Below, piece by piece: positions 22,099 through 31,401 of a stretch of 64,000 nt of DNA (its first letter is position 1; every line of letters starts with the position of its first letter). This DNA is from an uncultured virus (IMG/VR IMGVR_UViG_3300026522_000616) (lineage: Duplodnaviria; Heunggongvirae; Uroviricota; Caudoviricetes). The notes beneath the pieces are model-generated. The model made no database searches. It had not been told where the DNA came from and worked only from the letters and a program-made list of their open reading frames with translations. Location: IMG/VR virus record IMGVR_UViG_3300026522_000616. One strand, given 5' to 3'. The position numbers and the translations under genes are program-made.

Positions 22099-23343
22099 TT
22101 GGTATATGTTATTTCTAAAAATGGTAATCCTATAATGCCAACAAAAGATTATAGGAAAGTACGTCTACTACTTAAAAGTAAGAAAGCAAAAGTAATTATA
22201 CGCACACCGTTCACAATTCAATTATTGACAACATCACATTGTTATATACAAAATATAACATTAGGTGTAGATGCTGGTTCTAAATATGTTGGATTATCTG
22301 CAACAACAGAAAAACAAGAGTTATTATCAGCAGAATTACACCCAAGGAATGATGTTGTAAAACTGTTATCTGATAGGCGTGAATTTCGTACATCAAGAAG
22401 AAATAGGAAAACACGCCATAGAAAGAAACGCTTTAATAATAGGGTTCATAGTAAACATAAAGGTTGGTTAGCTCCATCAGTAGAAGTTAAAATTTGGAAT
22501 CATATTCAAGCAATTAAGTATATAATTAAACTACTACCAATTAGTAAAATTATAGTTGAAACTGCTGAATTTGATATACAAAAATTAAAAGGTAATATTG
22601 ATTATCAACATGGAGAAATGTATGGTGAATATAACGTTCGTCAATATATTCTTCATAGAGATAATTACACTTGTCAAAATTGTGGTGCTAACAAAGATGT
22701 AAAACTTCATGTACATCACATAGAAAGTAGAAAAACAGGCGGTAATGCACCAAATAATCTAATTACTTTATGTGAACATTGCCATAAAGAATATCACGAA
22801 GGTAAATTAAACTTAAAATTAAGACGTGGTAAATCATATCGTGATGTATCATTTATGGGTATTATGCGTAAAACTCTAATCAAAAGACTTATTAAGATGT
22901 TTCCAAATATAGAAGTAAAAGAAACACTTGGATATATTACAAAATATTATAGAGAAAAATATAATATTAAAAAAACACATATAAGTGACGCTTTTATTAT
23001 TTCAAAAAACTTTAATGCTAAACGATTGGGTGAAAATCTTTTAATCGTTCCAAAACGTAGGCACAACAGGAAATTGCATAAAAGTAAAATATACAAAGGC
23101 GGTTATAGAAAAAGTAATCAAACACCAAAATATGTATTTGGCTATCAATTATTTGATAGAGTTATTTATAATGGACAAGAAGGATTTATATTTGGACGTA
23201 GGTCAAGTGGAAGTTTTGATATTCGTAAATTAAATAGTGAAGTAATAAGCCACAGTATATCATATAAAAAATTAAAACTTATAGAGTATAGAAAATCATT
23301 ATTAATAGAAAGGGAGGTGTGTGGTACTTCCTCCAACGGTTGA
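22099..23343 (+). CDS. iscB: RNA-guided endonuclease IscB
   Basis: PLMP-like NPIMPT, RuvC-I GVDAG, Arg-rich bridge helix, RuvC-II ETAEFD, HNH (CQNC..HHI..NLITLCEHCH), RuvC-III HISDA. Confidence 0.93.
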   Translation: MVYVISKNGNPIMPTKDYRKVRLLLKSKKAKVIIRTPFTIQLLTTSHCYIQNITLGVDAGSKYVGLSATTEKQELLSAELHPRNDVVKLLSDRREFRTSRRNRKTRHRKKRFNNRVHSKHKGWLAPSVEVKIWNHIQAIKYIIKLLPISKIIVETAEFDIQKLKGNIDYQHGEMYGEYNVRQYILHRDNYTCQNCGANKDVKLHVHHIESRKTGGNAPNNLITLCEHCHKEYHEGKLNLKLRRGKSYRDVSFMGIMRKTLIKRLIKMFPNIEVKETLGYITKYYREKYNIKKTHISDAFIISKNFNAKRLGENLLIVPKRRHNRKLHKSKIYKGGYRKSNQTPKYVFGYQLFDRVIYNGQEGFIFGRRSSGSFDIRKLNSEVISHSISYKKLKLIEYRKSLLIEREVCGTSSNG

Positions 23344-23371
23344 AACCGTTGGTTTCCATACCACAATTTGC

Positions 23372-23561
23372 ATGACATATAACGGCGCGCAGCAAGTTCA
23401 CGGTTAAAACCGTGGGTTAGGCGCGGAAGCAGTATAATAAACTTACACGAAAAGTATGGGCAGGGCATTGTCCGTTGGAGGAGAAGATGTAAGACCATCG
23501 CGAGATGTGCGGTCTTTGTTGATACTAGAATTCCACGAATTTATTCGTGGGAGTATGTCAA
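23372..23561 (+). mobile_element. gene-less IS200/IS605 mini-element with TnpB-type omega-RNA right end
   Basis: left hairpin CACGGTTAAAACCGTG; GTAAGAC..CGGTC; right hairpin CCACGAATTTATTCGTGG ending GTCAA. Confidence 0.65.
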
Positions 23562-23633
23562 TATAATAATAGTAGTTATCATGGTAAAAATACAGATAAA
23601 ATAACAAAAGAAATTTTAATTACAAATTATTAA
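23562..23633 (+). pseudogene. dam: Dam-type methyltransferase, C-terminal fragment
   Basis: YNNSSYHGKNTDKITKEILITNY-stop, the typical Dam C-terminal E(V/I)LITNY. Confidence 0.7.
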
Positions 23634-23644
23634 AAGGTTTATAT

Positions 23645-24631
23645 ATGAAAATATTTATTAATAAAAAAATATGGAATACATTTAACGAAGAACAAATAAA
23701 ACAATATCAAAAAGAAGTTTTTGAATATTATCGTGTACATGGTTTTCCCTATTATTCTACAGATAAACAATTTAGAGATAAAGAATTTAAAAAATTAATA
23801 AATTATACAGAAGATGTACTAATAGATAAAAAATTAAAGCAAACAATGCATGGATTAAGTCTAGCATGGTCTTATTTCCCGCATAGTTTTAGTATACCAT
23901 GTAATAATTTATTAACTCCTGTGCAAATATTTAATGATGATGAAAAATTTAAAAAAGTAATAGCTAAACGTATGCGTATGGGAGATAATATATCAGATGC
24001 AGGTATACGTAAAATGTTACGTATATTTACAGGAACACAGTCTGTAAGTAATTTCCGACCAACGTCTGCAAAAGCACTATATAATCATTTTGCTACAGAT
24101 GGTGTTGTATTGGATATGTCTAGTGGTTTTGGTGGTAGATTATTTGGTTTTATTTGTTCTGATAGTAAAAAATATATAGGAATAGAACCTAGTACAAAAA
24201 CATATAATGGCTTATTACAGATAAAAAAAGATTATGGCAATAAAGATATAGAATTATATAAATGTGGTAGTGAAGATTTTTTACCTAAACAAAATAGTTT
24301 AGATTTTTGTTTTACTTCACCTCCATATTTTGATTGTGAAAAATATAGTGATGAAGATACACAAAGTTACATTAAATTCAAAACAAAAGAAGAATGGTTA
24401 AATGGATTTTTGTACAAAACATTTTGCAATTGTCATTATGGATTAAAAAATGGGAAATATATGGCTATAAATATAGCTAATACAAAAACATTTAAAGATT
24501 TGGAACAATGTACTGTTGAAATGGCATTAAAAGCGGGATTTAAGTTTAAAGATAAATATTATTATTTGTTATCTAGTTTATCACATAAAAAAGATTTTAA
24601 ATATGAGCCTATATTCATATTTAAAAAATAA
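23645..24631 (+). CDS. amino-DNA methyltransferase (motif I before SPPY)
   Basis: NFRPTSAK, DMSSGFGGRL, FTSPPYF. Confidence 0.82.
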   Translation: MKIFINKKIWNTFNEEQIKQYQKEVFEYYRVHGFPYYSTDKQFRDKEFKKLINYTEDVLIDKKLKQTMHGLSLAWSYFPHSFSIPCNNLLTPVQIFNDDEKFKKVIAKRMRMGDNISDAGIRKMLRIFTGTQSVSNFRPTSAKALYNHFATDGVVLDMSSGFGGRLFGFICSDSKKYIGIEPSTKTYNGLLQIKKDYGNKDIELYKCGSEDFLPKQNSLDFCFTSPPYFDCEKYSDEDTQSYIKFKTKEEWLNGFLYKTFCNCHYGLKNGKYMAINIANTKTFKDLEQCTVEMALKAGFKFKDKYYYLLSSLSHKKDFKYEPIFIFKK

Positions 24632-24710
24632 AAGATTTACCATATACGTTTGTATATGGTATTTTTTATATAGAAATGTATTTTATAAGTAGTAAAGGAT
24701 GTGATATGAA

Positions 24711-25058
24711 TTGATAGATTTTAAAACAACTGATTTTGATACAATGATGCGAGATATTATAGATATATTCAATTTAGAAGGTGTCAAATTAGTTCGATTA
24801 TCAGGATTGTTTTTAAGAGAACGAGAAATATCTAATTATAAAGATATGAAACCTGATGAATTAGACAAGATTGTTCACAAATTACAGAAAGCAGGAGCGA
24901 TTCATTATCAATACATATTATATTGTCCACATTGTCAAGAAGTAACTTATCAGGTAGAGAAAGTAGAAAATCCATTTCAAGCTAAAGTGTGTGATACTTG
25001 TGGAGGAATTTATATTCCACAAAGAGATTATTCTATTTATGAATTGCCTGAAAACTGA
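24711..25058 (+). CDS. zinc-ribbon protein
   Basis: CPHC..CDTC. Confidence 0.7.
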   Translation: MIDFKTTDFDTMMRDIIDIFNLEGVKLVRLSGLFLREREISNYKDMKPDELDKIVHKLQKAGAIHYQYILYCPHCQEVTYQVEKVENPFQAKVCDTCGGIYIPQRDYSIYELPEN

Positions 25059-25110
25059 TAGTAATTTTAATTATAATATGGTATAATATAAACATAGTAC
25101 CATAAAGAAG

Positions 25111-25848
25111 GTGAATGTTTATATGCCATATGAAAAAGAATTAAATGAATATATAGATAACTTATGGGATAAACAAATTGGTAAAGAAGCTAGGGATTAT
25201 TTAAAACAAAGGCATATTAAACCATCTACTGCTAAAGCGTGGAATATTGGTTGGTGTCCTAAAGATTTTAAACCAAAATGTTATTCTGATACAGATTATC
25301 CATATTACATGAAAATGCAAGGGAGAATTATACTTCCTGTATATAATTCAAATGGAGAATTGATTGCATTATCAGGTAGAACAATATATAAAGATATAAA
25401 GCCGAAATATATGCATTATCAATTCCCTACAAGTTTCACCTTGTTTGGGCTTTTCATTAATGAAAAGAATATACTGCAAGATAATTATATGATTTTTACT
25501 GAAGGTCAGTTTGATGTTATTTCTGCTTGGCAAAACGGATTAAAAAATGTAGCTTGTACTTTCGGAGCGCACTTTTCTTCTAACCAAATTTTATTAGCGT
25601 CACGATATACAAATAATGTACTTATTTTATATGACGCTGATATAGCAGGACAAGAAGGAGCTTCAAAATCATTACAAAAAATAAAAGTTCGCGGAGACGT
25701 AAAAATTAAATTACTTACAGGGATATTAAAAAATGGGGAAGATTTGGACAATTGGGTTCAACATAACAATGTCAATCTTTTTAAAAAAATAGCTCATTCA
25801 AACCAAGAATCATTGTTGAAATATAGATTACAAGCTATAAAAGAATAA
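25111..25848 (+). CDS. DnaG-type primase catalytic core (Toprim), no N-terminal Zn-binding domain
   Basis: YLKQR, GRIILP, SGR, KY, EGQFD, YDADIAG. Confidence 0.85.
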   Translation: MNVYMPYEKELNEYIDNLWDKQIGKEARDYLKQRHIKPSTAKAWNIGWCPKDFKPKCYSDTDYPYYMKMQGRIILPVYNSNGELIALSGRTIYKDIKPKYMHYQFPTSFTLFGLFINEKNILQDNYMIFTEGQFDVISAWQNGLKNVACTFGAHFSSNQILLASRYTNNVLILYDADIAGQEGASKSLQKIKVRGDVKIKLLTGILKNGEDLDNWVQHNNVNLFKKIAHSNQESLLKYRLQAIKE

Positions 25849-25903
25849 TTTATATATTCAGCAGAATAAAAAATATGCAGGATTATACCTGCAAGGAGAG
25901 AGT

Positions 25904-27355
25904 TTGAATATGAAGAAAACTTATGTACTAGATACGAATGTATTATTAGATAGTCCTGAAGCATTATTTTCATTTGATGATAATGATGTAGTTATTCCTT
26001 CTACAGTTTTAGAAGAATTAGATAATAAAAAGCATGGTTATGATGAAATTAATGCAAATGCAAGAGAGGTAGCAAGAAAATTATATAAATTAAAACAAAC
26101 AAATAATAATGATTTGTTTCAGGGTGTCGAATTAGAAAATGGTGGAACATTATACATATGTCCTTATAAAGAACCTAATAAGGATATAAATTTCCCTAGT
26201 ACATGGAATGATGATAAAAAAGATAATGAAATTTTGAAAACATGTTTGGCGTTGCAACAAACAGTTAATAATGAAGTTATATTAGTTACGAAAGATATTT
26301 TCTTAGGAATTAAGGCAGATTATTTACGTATTAAAAATGATGATTTTAAAACAAATATGGTTGTTCCATTAACTGAACAGTATACAGGTCAAATGGAGAT
26401 AGTATTATCTGAAGATGATTTTATTACCTATAATAAAATGGGATATATTTCTTTAGATAAAGCATTCGTCATTGAATGTACAGATGATGAATATCATGAA
26501 AATTATAATTTTACAACGTATCCTAATGAATTTTTAATAATTCATAACGCTATGAAATATACACAAAGTACATTATTAGGTAAAATTTCTAAAAATGGAC
26601 AAATGATTGAAAAATTACATTATGAAAAAGAACATCCATTTGGGGTAACACCTAGAAATGCCTCACAAAAATTCATGCAAGAAGCATTGATGGCTTCTGT
26701 ATCGGATACACCATTAGTTGTTATTAAAGGACCAGCAGGTACAGCTAAAACATTTTACAGTTTAGCAGTAGCATTAGAACGTGTATTTAACGGAAATAAC
26801 AATAATAAAGAAAAATTTAGAAAAATTCTTGTTTGTAGACCAAATCAAACAATGGATGAAGAAATAGGATTTTTGCCTGGAACAGAAAAAGAAAAAATAG
26901 AACCTTTGATGCGCCCGATTTTCGATAATCTGGAAGTTTTAATAGATTCTGATAGAGATAGTCGAAATGAAAATGAAGAAGAGTTGCAAGATAAAGTAGC
27001 TTATATTTTTGAAAATAAAATGATTGATATGCAAGCAGTAGGCTATTTAAGAGGGCGTTCTATTGATAGCCAATTTATCATAGTTGACGAAGCGCAAAAT
27101 TTGAGTTCTAGGGTTGCAAAGGCAATTGTTACTCGCGCAGGAGAAGGAACGAAAATCGTGTTTTGTGGCGACCCTAAGCAGATAGATAATCAATATGTTA
27201 CAGAAAAAACAAATGGACTAAGTTATTTAGTTGAAAATATGAAAGGCAGTTCAATGCTTGCAGTTATTGAAACAGATGAAACAGATATTGTTCGTAGTCC
27301 ATTAGCGAAAGAAGCAGTAACGTATCTTGAAAAGAAAAAGAACAACGATTTTTAA
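25904..27355 (+). CDS. phoH: PIN + PhoH family ATPase
   Basis: VLDTNVLL PIN motif, GPAGTAKT, LRGRS, DEAQN, GDPKQID. Confidence 0.92.
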   Translation: MNMKKTYVLDTNVLLDSPEALFSFDDNDVVIPSTVLEELDNKKHGYDEINANAREVARKLYKLKQTNNNDLFQGVELENGGTLYICPYKEPNKDINFPSTWNDDKKDNEILKTCLALQQTVNNEVILVTKDIFLGIKADYLRIKNDDFKTNMVVPLTEQYTGQMEIVLSEDDFITYNKMGYISLDKAFVIECTDDEYHENYNFTTYPNEFLIIHNAMKYTQSTLLGKISKNGQMIEKLHYEKEHPFGVTPRNASQKFMQEALMASVSDTPLVVIKGPAGTAKTFYSLAVALERVFNGNNNNKEKFRKILVCRPNQTMDEEIGFLPGTEKEKIEPLMRPIFDNLEVLIDSDRDSRNENEEELQDKVAYIFENKMIDMQAVGYLRGRSIDSQFIIVDEAQNLSSRVAKAIVTRAGEGTKIVFCGDPKQIDNQYVTEKTNGLSYLVENMKGSSMLAVIETDETDIVRSPLAKEAVTYLEKKKNNDF

Positions 27356-27415
27356 TATAATTTATATTGACTTAGTTTGATTTTTTGATATAATGAATAA
27401 GAAAGGAGTAGGTAA

Positions 27416-27763
27416 TTGATGGTGGATGAAGATATTGTTGCAGATGTGGATTTAACAAAACGTACAGATGAAGAATGGTCAGATATTTATCATGTGCAAT
27501 TAGTTGATTCGGTTATTGATACAGAACCAATTAACGAATTTGAATGGGCATATAAAATGTGTCATTCGCAATATTTCCCTCGTCCTGCCAAATTAAAAAA
27601 AGGAGAAATATATAATTACGATGTAGCTGAACAGATGGAAATGAGAGCTATGAAAATCAATCGTGATTTATATGCAACGGCAGATAAATCTGAAAAGAAA
27701 ATGCTAGATACAGGGAAATATATGACAACTAAATATGTTTTGAATTATACATTAAAACGTTAA
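27416..27763 (+). CDS. hypothetical protein
   Basis: RBS AAGGAG, ORF. Confidence 0.65.
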   Translation: MMVDEDIVADVDLTKRTDEEWSDIYHVQLVDSVIDTEPINEFEWAYKMCHSQYFPRPAKLKKGEIYNYDVAEQMEMRAMKINRDLYATADKSEKKMLDTGKYMTTKYVLNYTLKR

Positions 27764-27854
27764 AAAATATAATCCGCACTTATAAATAGTGCGGTTTTTT
27801 GTATAATATATTATTGGATAAAATATTGTATTTTTATATTGAGAGGTGATAGAA

Positions 27855-28460
27855 ATGCAATTACCAACAAAAGAACAAATAAAAACGATAGCTGTTGTTG
27901 TTTTAATAATTATAGTTACTATATTAGCTACATTAAAATTAAATAGTTACATTAATCAGAAAACAGAACCAAAAGAAACAATTATGACACAGGAAGAAGT
28001 ACAAAATCCTGAAAAATTACGTCAAGAAGTAAATAAAAATAGTGGTGCAAATTTAGATACATATCAATCAAGAGAAGTAACTAATACTGTTACAAAGATT
28101 ATTGAAAGAGATAGAAAACCTGATACTACTATTGAAACAAATGGAACAGAATATTTAACGAAAGCTAAAGCGTATGCAAATGAACAAAAGGCAGATGCTT
28201 ATGTGATTGCTCCTGCAAAGGGAGAAACAAAAGAAGTAAAAGATATAAATAAAACAGATGTAGTTAATTTGAACCAATATAATATAGAAGCATATAGCCA
28301 GCATCAATTGGGTATAGCATACTATTCGGATAAAAACATAACGGTTGATTATCAGCAACAAGTAAAGGTGTTTGGAAAACATATGTATGTAGGACCTGCT
28401 ATTAAAATTGATAAAGATAAAGACGTTCAATTGGGTGCAAAAGTAACAATACCATTTTAA
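27855..28460 (+). CDS. membrane-anchored protein with C-terminal amphipathic beta strands (spanin-like candidate)
   Basis: N-terminal TM helix; C-terminus ..VQLGAKVTIPF. Confidence 0.55.
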   Translation: MQLPTKEQIKTIAVVVLIIIVTILATLKLNSYINQKTEPKETIMTQEEVQNPEKLRQEVNKNSGANLDTYQSREVTNTVTKIIERDRKPDTTIETNGTEYLTKAKAYANEQKADAYVIAPAKGETKEVKDINKTDVVNLNQYNIEAYSQHQLGIAYYSDKNITVDYQQQVKVFGKHMYVGPAIKIDKDKDVQLGAKVTIPF

Positions 28461-28485
28461 TTTATAAAAGAAGGATAGAAAATCT

Positions 28486-29202
28486 ATGAGTGTAACAATC
28501 AAACAATGTAAAGTTTGTATGAGCAAACACAGAGAGATAATTGAATCGTTAGCGGTCAAGAAATTTTCTCCTGAAAAGATATATGAATATCTTCAGAGTA
28601 TGCAAGACCCCAAAGATGTTAAAATTGTTCAACAAGAAAATATTAAACCTTCTTCTATTCGTAGACATTTACAAAAACATTTTGATGCCAAAGATGATTT
28701 GTTAGTACAAGAAGCTAATGTACAATCCAAAATTAAAAAGTCTCGTAAAGATTATGCAGAAGGAAGAAAAATCAATATAGATAAAGCTAATACAATTGCA
28801 CATTTAATTGAAGTAGCTTTGGCTAGATTAGAAGAAACAGAAGTCCTTTCTGATGCTAAAAAACATCAATATACTATTGGTTATATGGGACAAATAAAAG
28901 GATTAGTAGATGAATTAGATAAAGTTAGTGGTGCAATAAAAGAAGAAGGAAATATTGATGCTAAATTTTATCAAACACAAATAGATACTTTTGCAAAAAT
29001 TGTTTTAAGTACAATTAGAGCCTTAGACCAACAATTTGAAATGAATTATCAATTAGAAATTGCTTTTGTAGATGAATTCAAAAAACAATATCAAGCATTT
29101 AGACAGAGAGAAAATATGATTTTTGCAGGTCAATTATCCCCTAAAGATGGAGAAAATGAGCGCAATATAAATACATTTAATGACGCAAGTAAAAATGTAT
29201 AA
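28486..29202 (+). CDS. Zn-finger/HTH protein, possible terminase small subunit
   Basis: CKVC..SIRRHLQKH followed by a helical region. Confidence 0.45.
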   Translation: MSVTIKQCKVCMSKHREIIESLAVKKFSPEKIYEYLQSMQDPKDVKIVQQENIKPSSIRRHLQKHFDAKDDLLVQEANVQSKIKKSRKDYAEGRKINIDKANTIAHLIEVALARLEETEVLSDAKKHQYTIGYMGQIKGLVDELDKVSGAIKEEGNIDAKFYQTQIDTFAKIVLSTIRALDQQFEMNYQLEIAFVDEFKKQYQAFRQRENMIFAGQLSPKDGENERNINTFNDASKNV

Positions 29203-29215
29203 AGGAGATTCATAA

Positions 29216-29680
29216 ATGGCTTATAAAATAGATTTTATAAACTATCAACAATTAGTTAATTTTATAAATTATGTAGAAGATTTGTGGTTATGGAATTGTA
29301 CTATTTTTCGTATGAGTAATTCTATTGGAAATACTTTAAATTTAGATACAGTAGATACATCAAATGTAAATATGAGTTATGTACAATTTTCTAAATTAAT
29401 TGATTATATGAATAAATATTATGAAAATAACAACCCACCTGTAACAATGGATATAAAATTGATTTGCCCTGATTATTTACGCTTACAAGCAGACCCAAAC
29501 CGTTATTATCAAGCATTTTATGTTGATTTTTTTTCAAATGGTAAAATCAATTACGTTACTTTGAGTTATAATGAAAATGGTTCAAAAGCAGAATCCGCAC
29601 CATTTACTGTGTTTGTTGGATATATAATGGAATTATATAATAAATGGAAAGCCTATTACTCAAATAAATATGAAGCATAA
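29216..29680 (+). CDS. hypothetical protein
   Basis: RBS AAGGAG, ORF. Confidence 0.7.
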   Translation: MAYKIDFINYQQLVNFINYVEDLWLWNCTIFRMSNSIGNTLNLDTVDTSNVNMSYVQFSKLIDYMNKYYENNNPPVTMDIKLICPDYLRLQADPNRYYQAFYVDFFSNGKINYVTLSYNENGSKAESAPFTVFVGYIMELYNKWKAYYSNKYEA

Positions 29681-30980
29681 ATGTTTAAAAGGAGATATAT
29701 TTCATATGCAAGATTCAGTCAAAGCTATCTTAGGAATTTTTAATAGAGCAGGTTTTGAAGCATATTATAATGGGGAAAAATGCCGTAATGAATTATATAA
29801 TGTAGTAGTACAGAATAAACATTTAAAAACTTTGAATACAACAATTATTACTAATGCGTTACCTGAAGAAATTAAAAGAATCTTCCCTCGTGCAATAGAA
29901 AATGAAAATAATAAAATGATTTTTTCAATGGAATTTGGTAATGAAGTTATTGGAATAGAATCTTTTCATAAACAAACATATTATTTAAAAAATGGTAATA
30001 AAGAAACATTTTTAACTATTCCACAAATAGAACACGTAAATACACTCAAAGAAGATTATCAACGTAAAATATTTACGATTAATTGCGTTGCGCAAGATAT
30101 AAATGATGAATATCATTATGAAGATATATCTGCTTATAATGATATGGAAAAAGGAATTATTAGGACAATAGATAACCCTAAAGATGTCTTTTTTGAATTT
30201 CCAATTCGTACTTTACAAGCATTTACTTTAATGTCACAAACAGGATTTTCAATTGAAAAAAATACATTAAAAAGTATCCATTCTACTATGCGATATTTAC
30301 GTAATATGCCAAGTGAATTAGTTGGCAAAGAATTACGTAAAATCATGACAGGTAGATATGTTATGCAAACATTAAAACTTATGCATAAAGAAGGAATTTT
30401 TAATGCAAAATGTTTGGATGAAGATAAAAAAATAAAAATTATGTCTCCATTCCATGAATGTGATGATACAAAATTTGATGTTTTAAAAAGATTTAGAATT
30501 TCTAATGAAGTAGAATTGGAATTATGGGCAGTTTTATTTGAAGATAAAAAACAAGCATATGAAGAATTAAATAAATTTCATTGTTTTTCTGAAAAAGAAA
30601 TCCATACAATTCTTTGGTTAATGGATAATAAAAATCTTTGTAAGAAATCAGATAATGATATAGGCATGAGAAAAGATATTTATAATTCAATTGGTGAATA
30701 TGAACAACAATTTGGTATTCATTATTTAAAAGAATTAATTATTAAGTCAAATCATATTTATAAAATGACAGATGTTTTTGATACAAAAGAAAAAAAGGAT
30801 AAATATACAAAACGTTTAATGTTTAATTTGTGTTGTAGACCATATTTTGTTAATCAGTTAACGTGGGATATTACAGATGAAAACAAAGAAAAATTGATAC
30901 CAAAATTATTGAATACAGTTCATTATCCGATAACAGATAATGAAGTAGCGGAATTTATGAAACAGAATCTAGGTGGTTAA
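29670..30980 (+). CDS. CCA-adding enzyme/poly(A) polymerase homologue with degenerate active site
   Basis: AGFEAY, TNALPEEI, EDYQRKIFTIN, IIRTIDNP..F.EFPIR.L.A follow class II NTase layout, but DxD and RRD are lost. Confidence 0.78.
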   Translation: MKHKCLKGDIFHMQDSVKAILGIFNRAGFEAYYNGEKCRNELYNVVVQNKHLKTLNTTIITNALPEEIKRIFPRAIENENNKMIFSMEFGNEVIGIESFHKQTYYLKNGNKETFLTIPQIEHVNTLKEDYQRKIFTINCVAQDINDEYHYEDISAYNDMEKGIIRTIDNPKDVFFEFPIRTLQAFTLMSQTGFSIEKNTLKSIHSTMRYLRNMPSELVGKELRKIMTGRYVMQTLKLMHKEGIFNAKCLDEDKKIKIMSPFHECDDTKFDVLKRFRISNEVELELWAVLFEDKKQAYEELNKFHCFSEKEIHTILWLMDNKNLCKKSDNDIGMRKDIYNSIGEYEQQFGIHYLKELIIKSNHIYKMTDVFDTKEKKDKYTKRLMFNLCCRPYFVNQLTWDITDENKEKLIPKLLNTVHYPITDNEVAEFMKQNLGG

Positions 30981-31340
30981 ATGAAACGCTTAATTGCAGA
31001 AGATGAAGAACAGGTTGGAGAAATTACAGAAGAAGATAAACAACAGTTACTTAATGCTAGTGCAAAAGTTCTTGAAATTAGAAAAAATGCAACGGATTTA
31101 CTTGATATGTATAAAACATTATTTAAAAATTTGAATGAAATGTATAATGAATATCCAAATTTATATCAAGAAATTCAACGTGTAGTAGAATTACCAACAA
31201 ATGATGATGCTTCAAATATGGTTGCATTTTATCAGGATTTATTACAGGAATTAGAATTACTGAAAAATTCAGATAATCTACAGTTAGTTATGCACGGTAA
31301 TTCATTAGATGTTCCACTTACTGATGATGAAGAAGAATAA
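30981..31340 (+). CDS. acidic protein starting MKRLIA
   Basis: 119 aa ORF. Confidence 0.7.
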   Translation: MKRLIAEDEEQVGEITEEDKQQLLNASAKVLEIRKNATDLLDMYKTLFKNLNEMYNEYPNLYQEIQRVVELPTNDDASNMVAFYQDLLQELELLKNSDNLQLVMHGNSLDVPLTDDEEE

Positions 31341-31401
31341 ATATATTTCATAAGTAAAAGAGGATAATTAAATCCTCTTTATTTTTTAGGGCGGTGAGAT
31401 A

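Larger units (their letters stand above)
21817..23371 (+). mobile_element. IS200/IS605-superfamily IscB (OMEGA) element, no TnpA
   Basis: terminal hairpins CCAACGGCTAAAGCCGTGG and CCAACGGTTGAAACCGTTGG, omega-RNA, iscB ORF; removal restores the MTase stop codon. Confidence 0.85.

Noticed and set aside
22099..23343. Cas9 / CRISPR system
   Set aside because: Only 414 aa with a PLMP-like N-terminus and no REC lobe; no repeat-spacer array in the window
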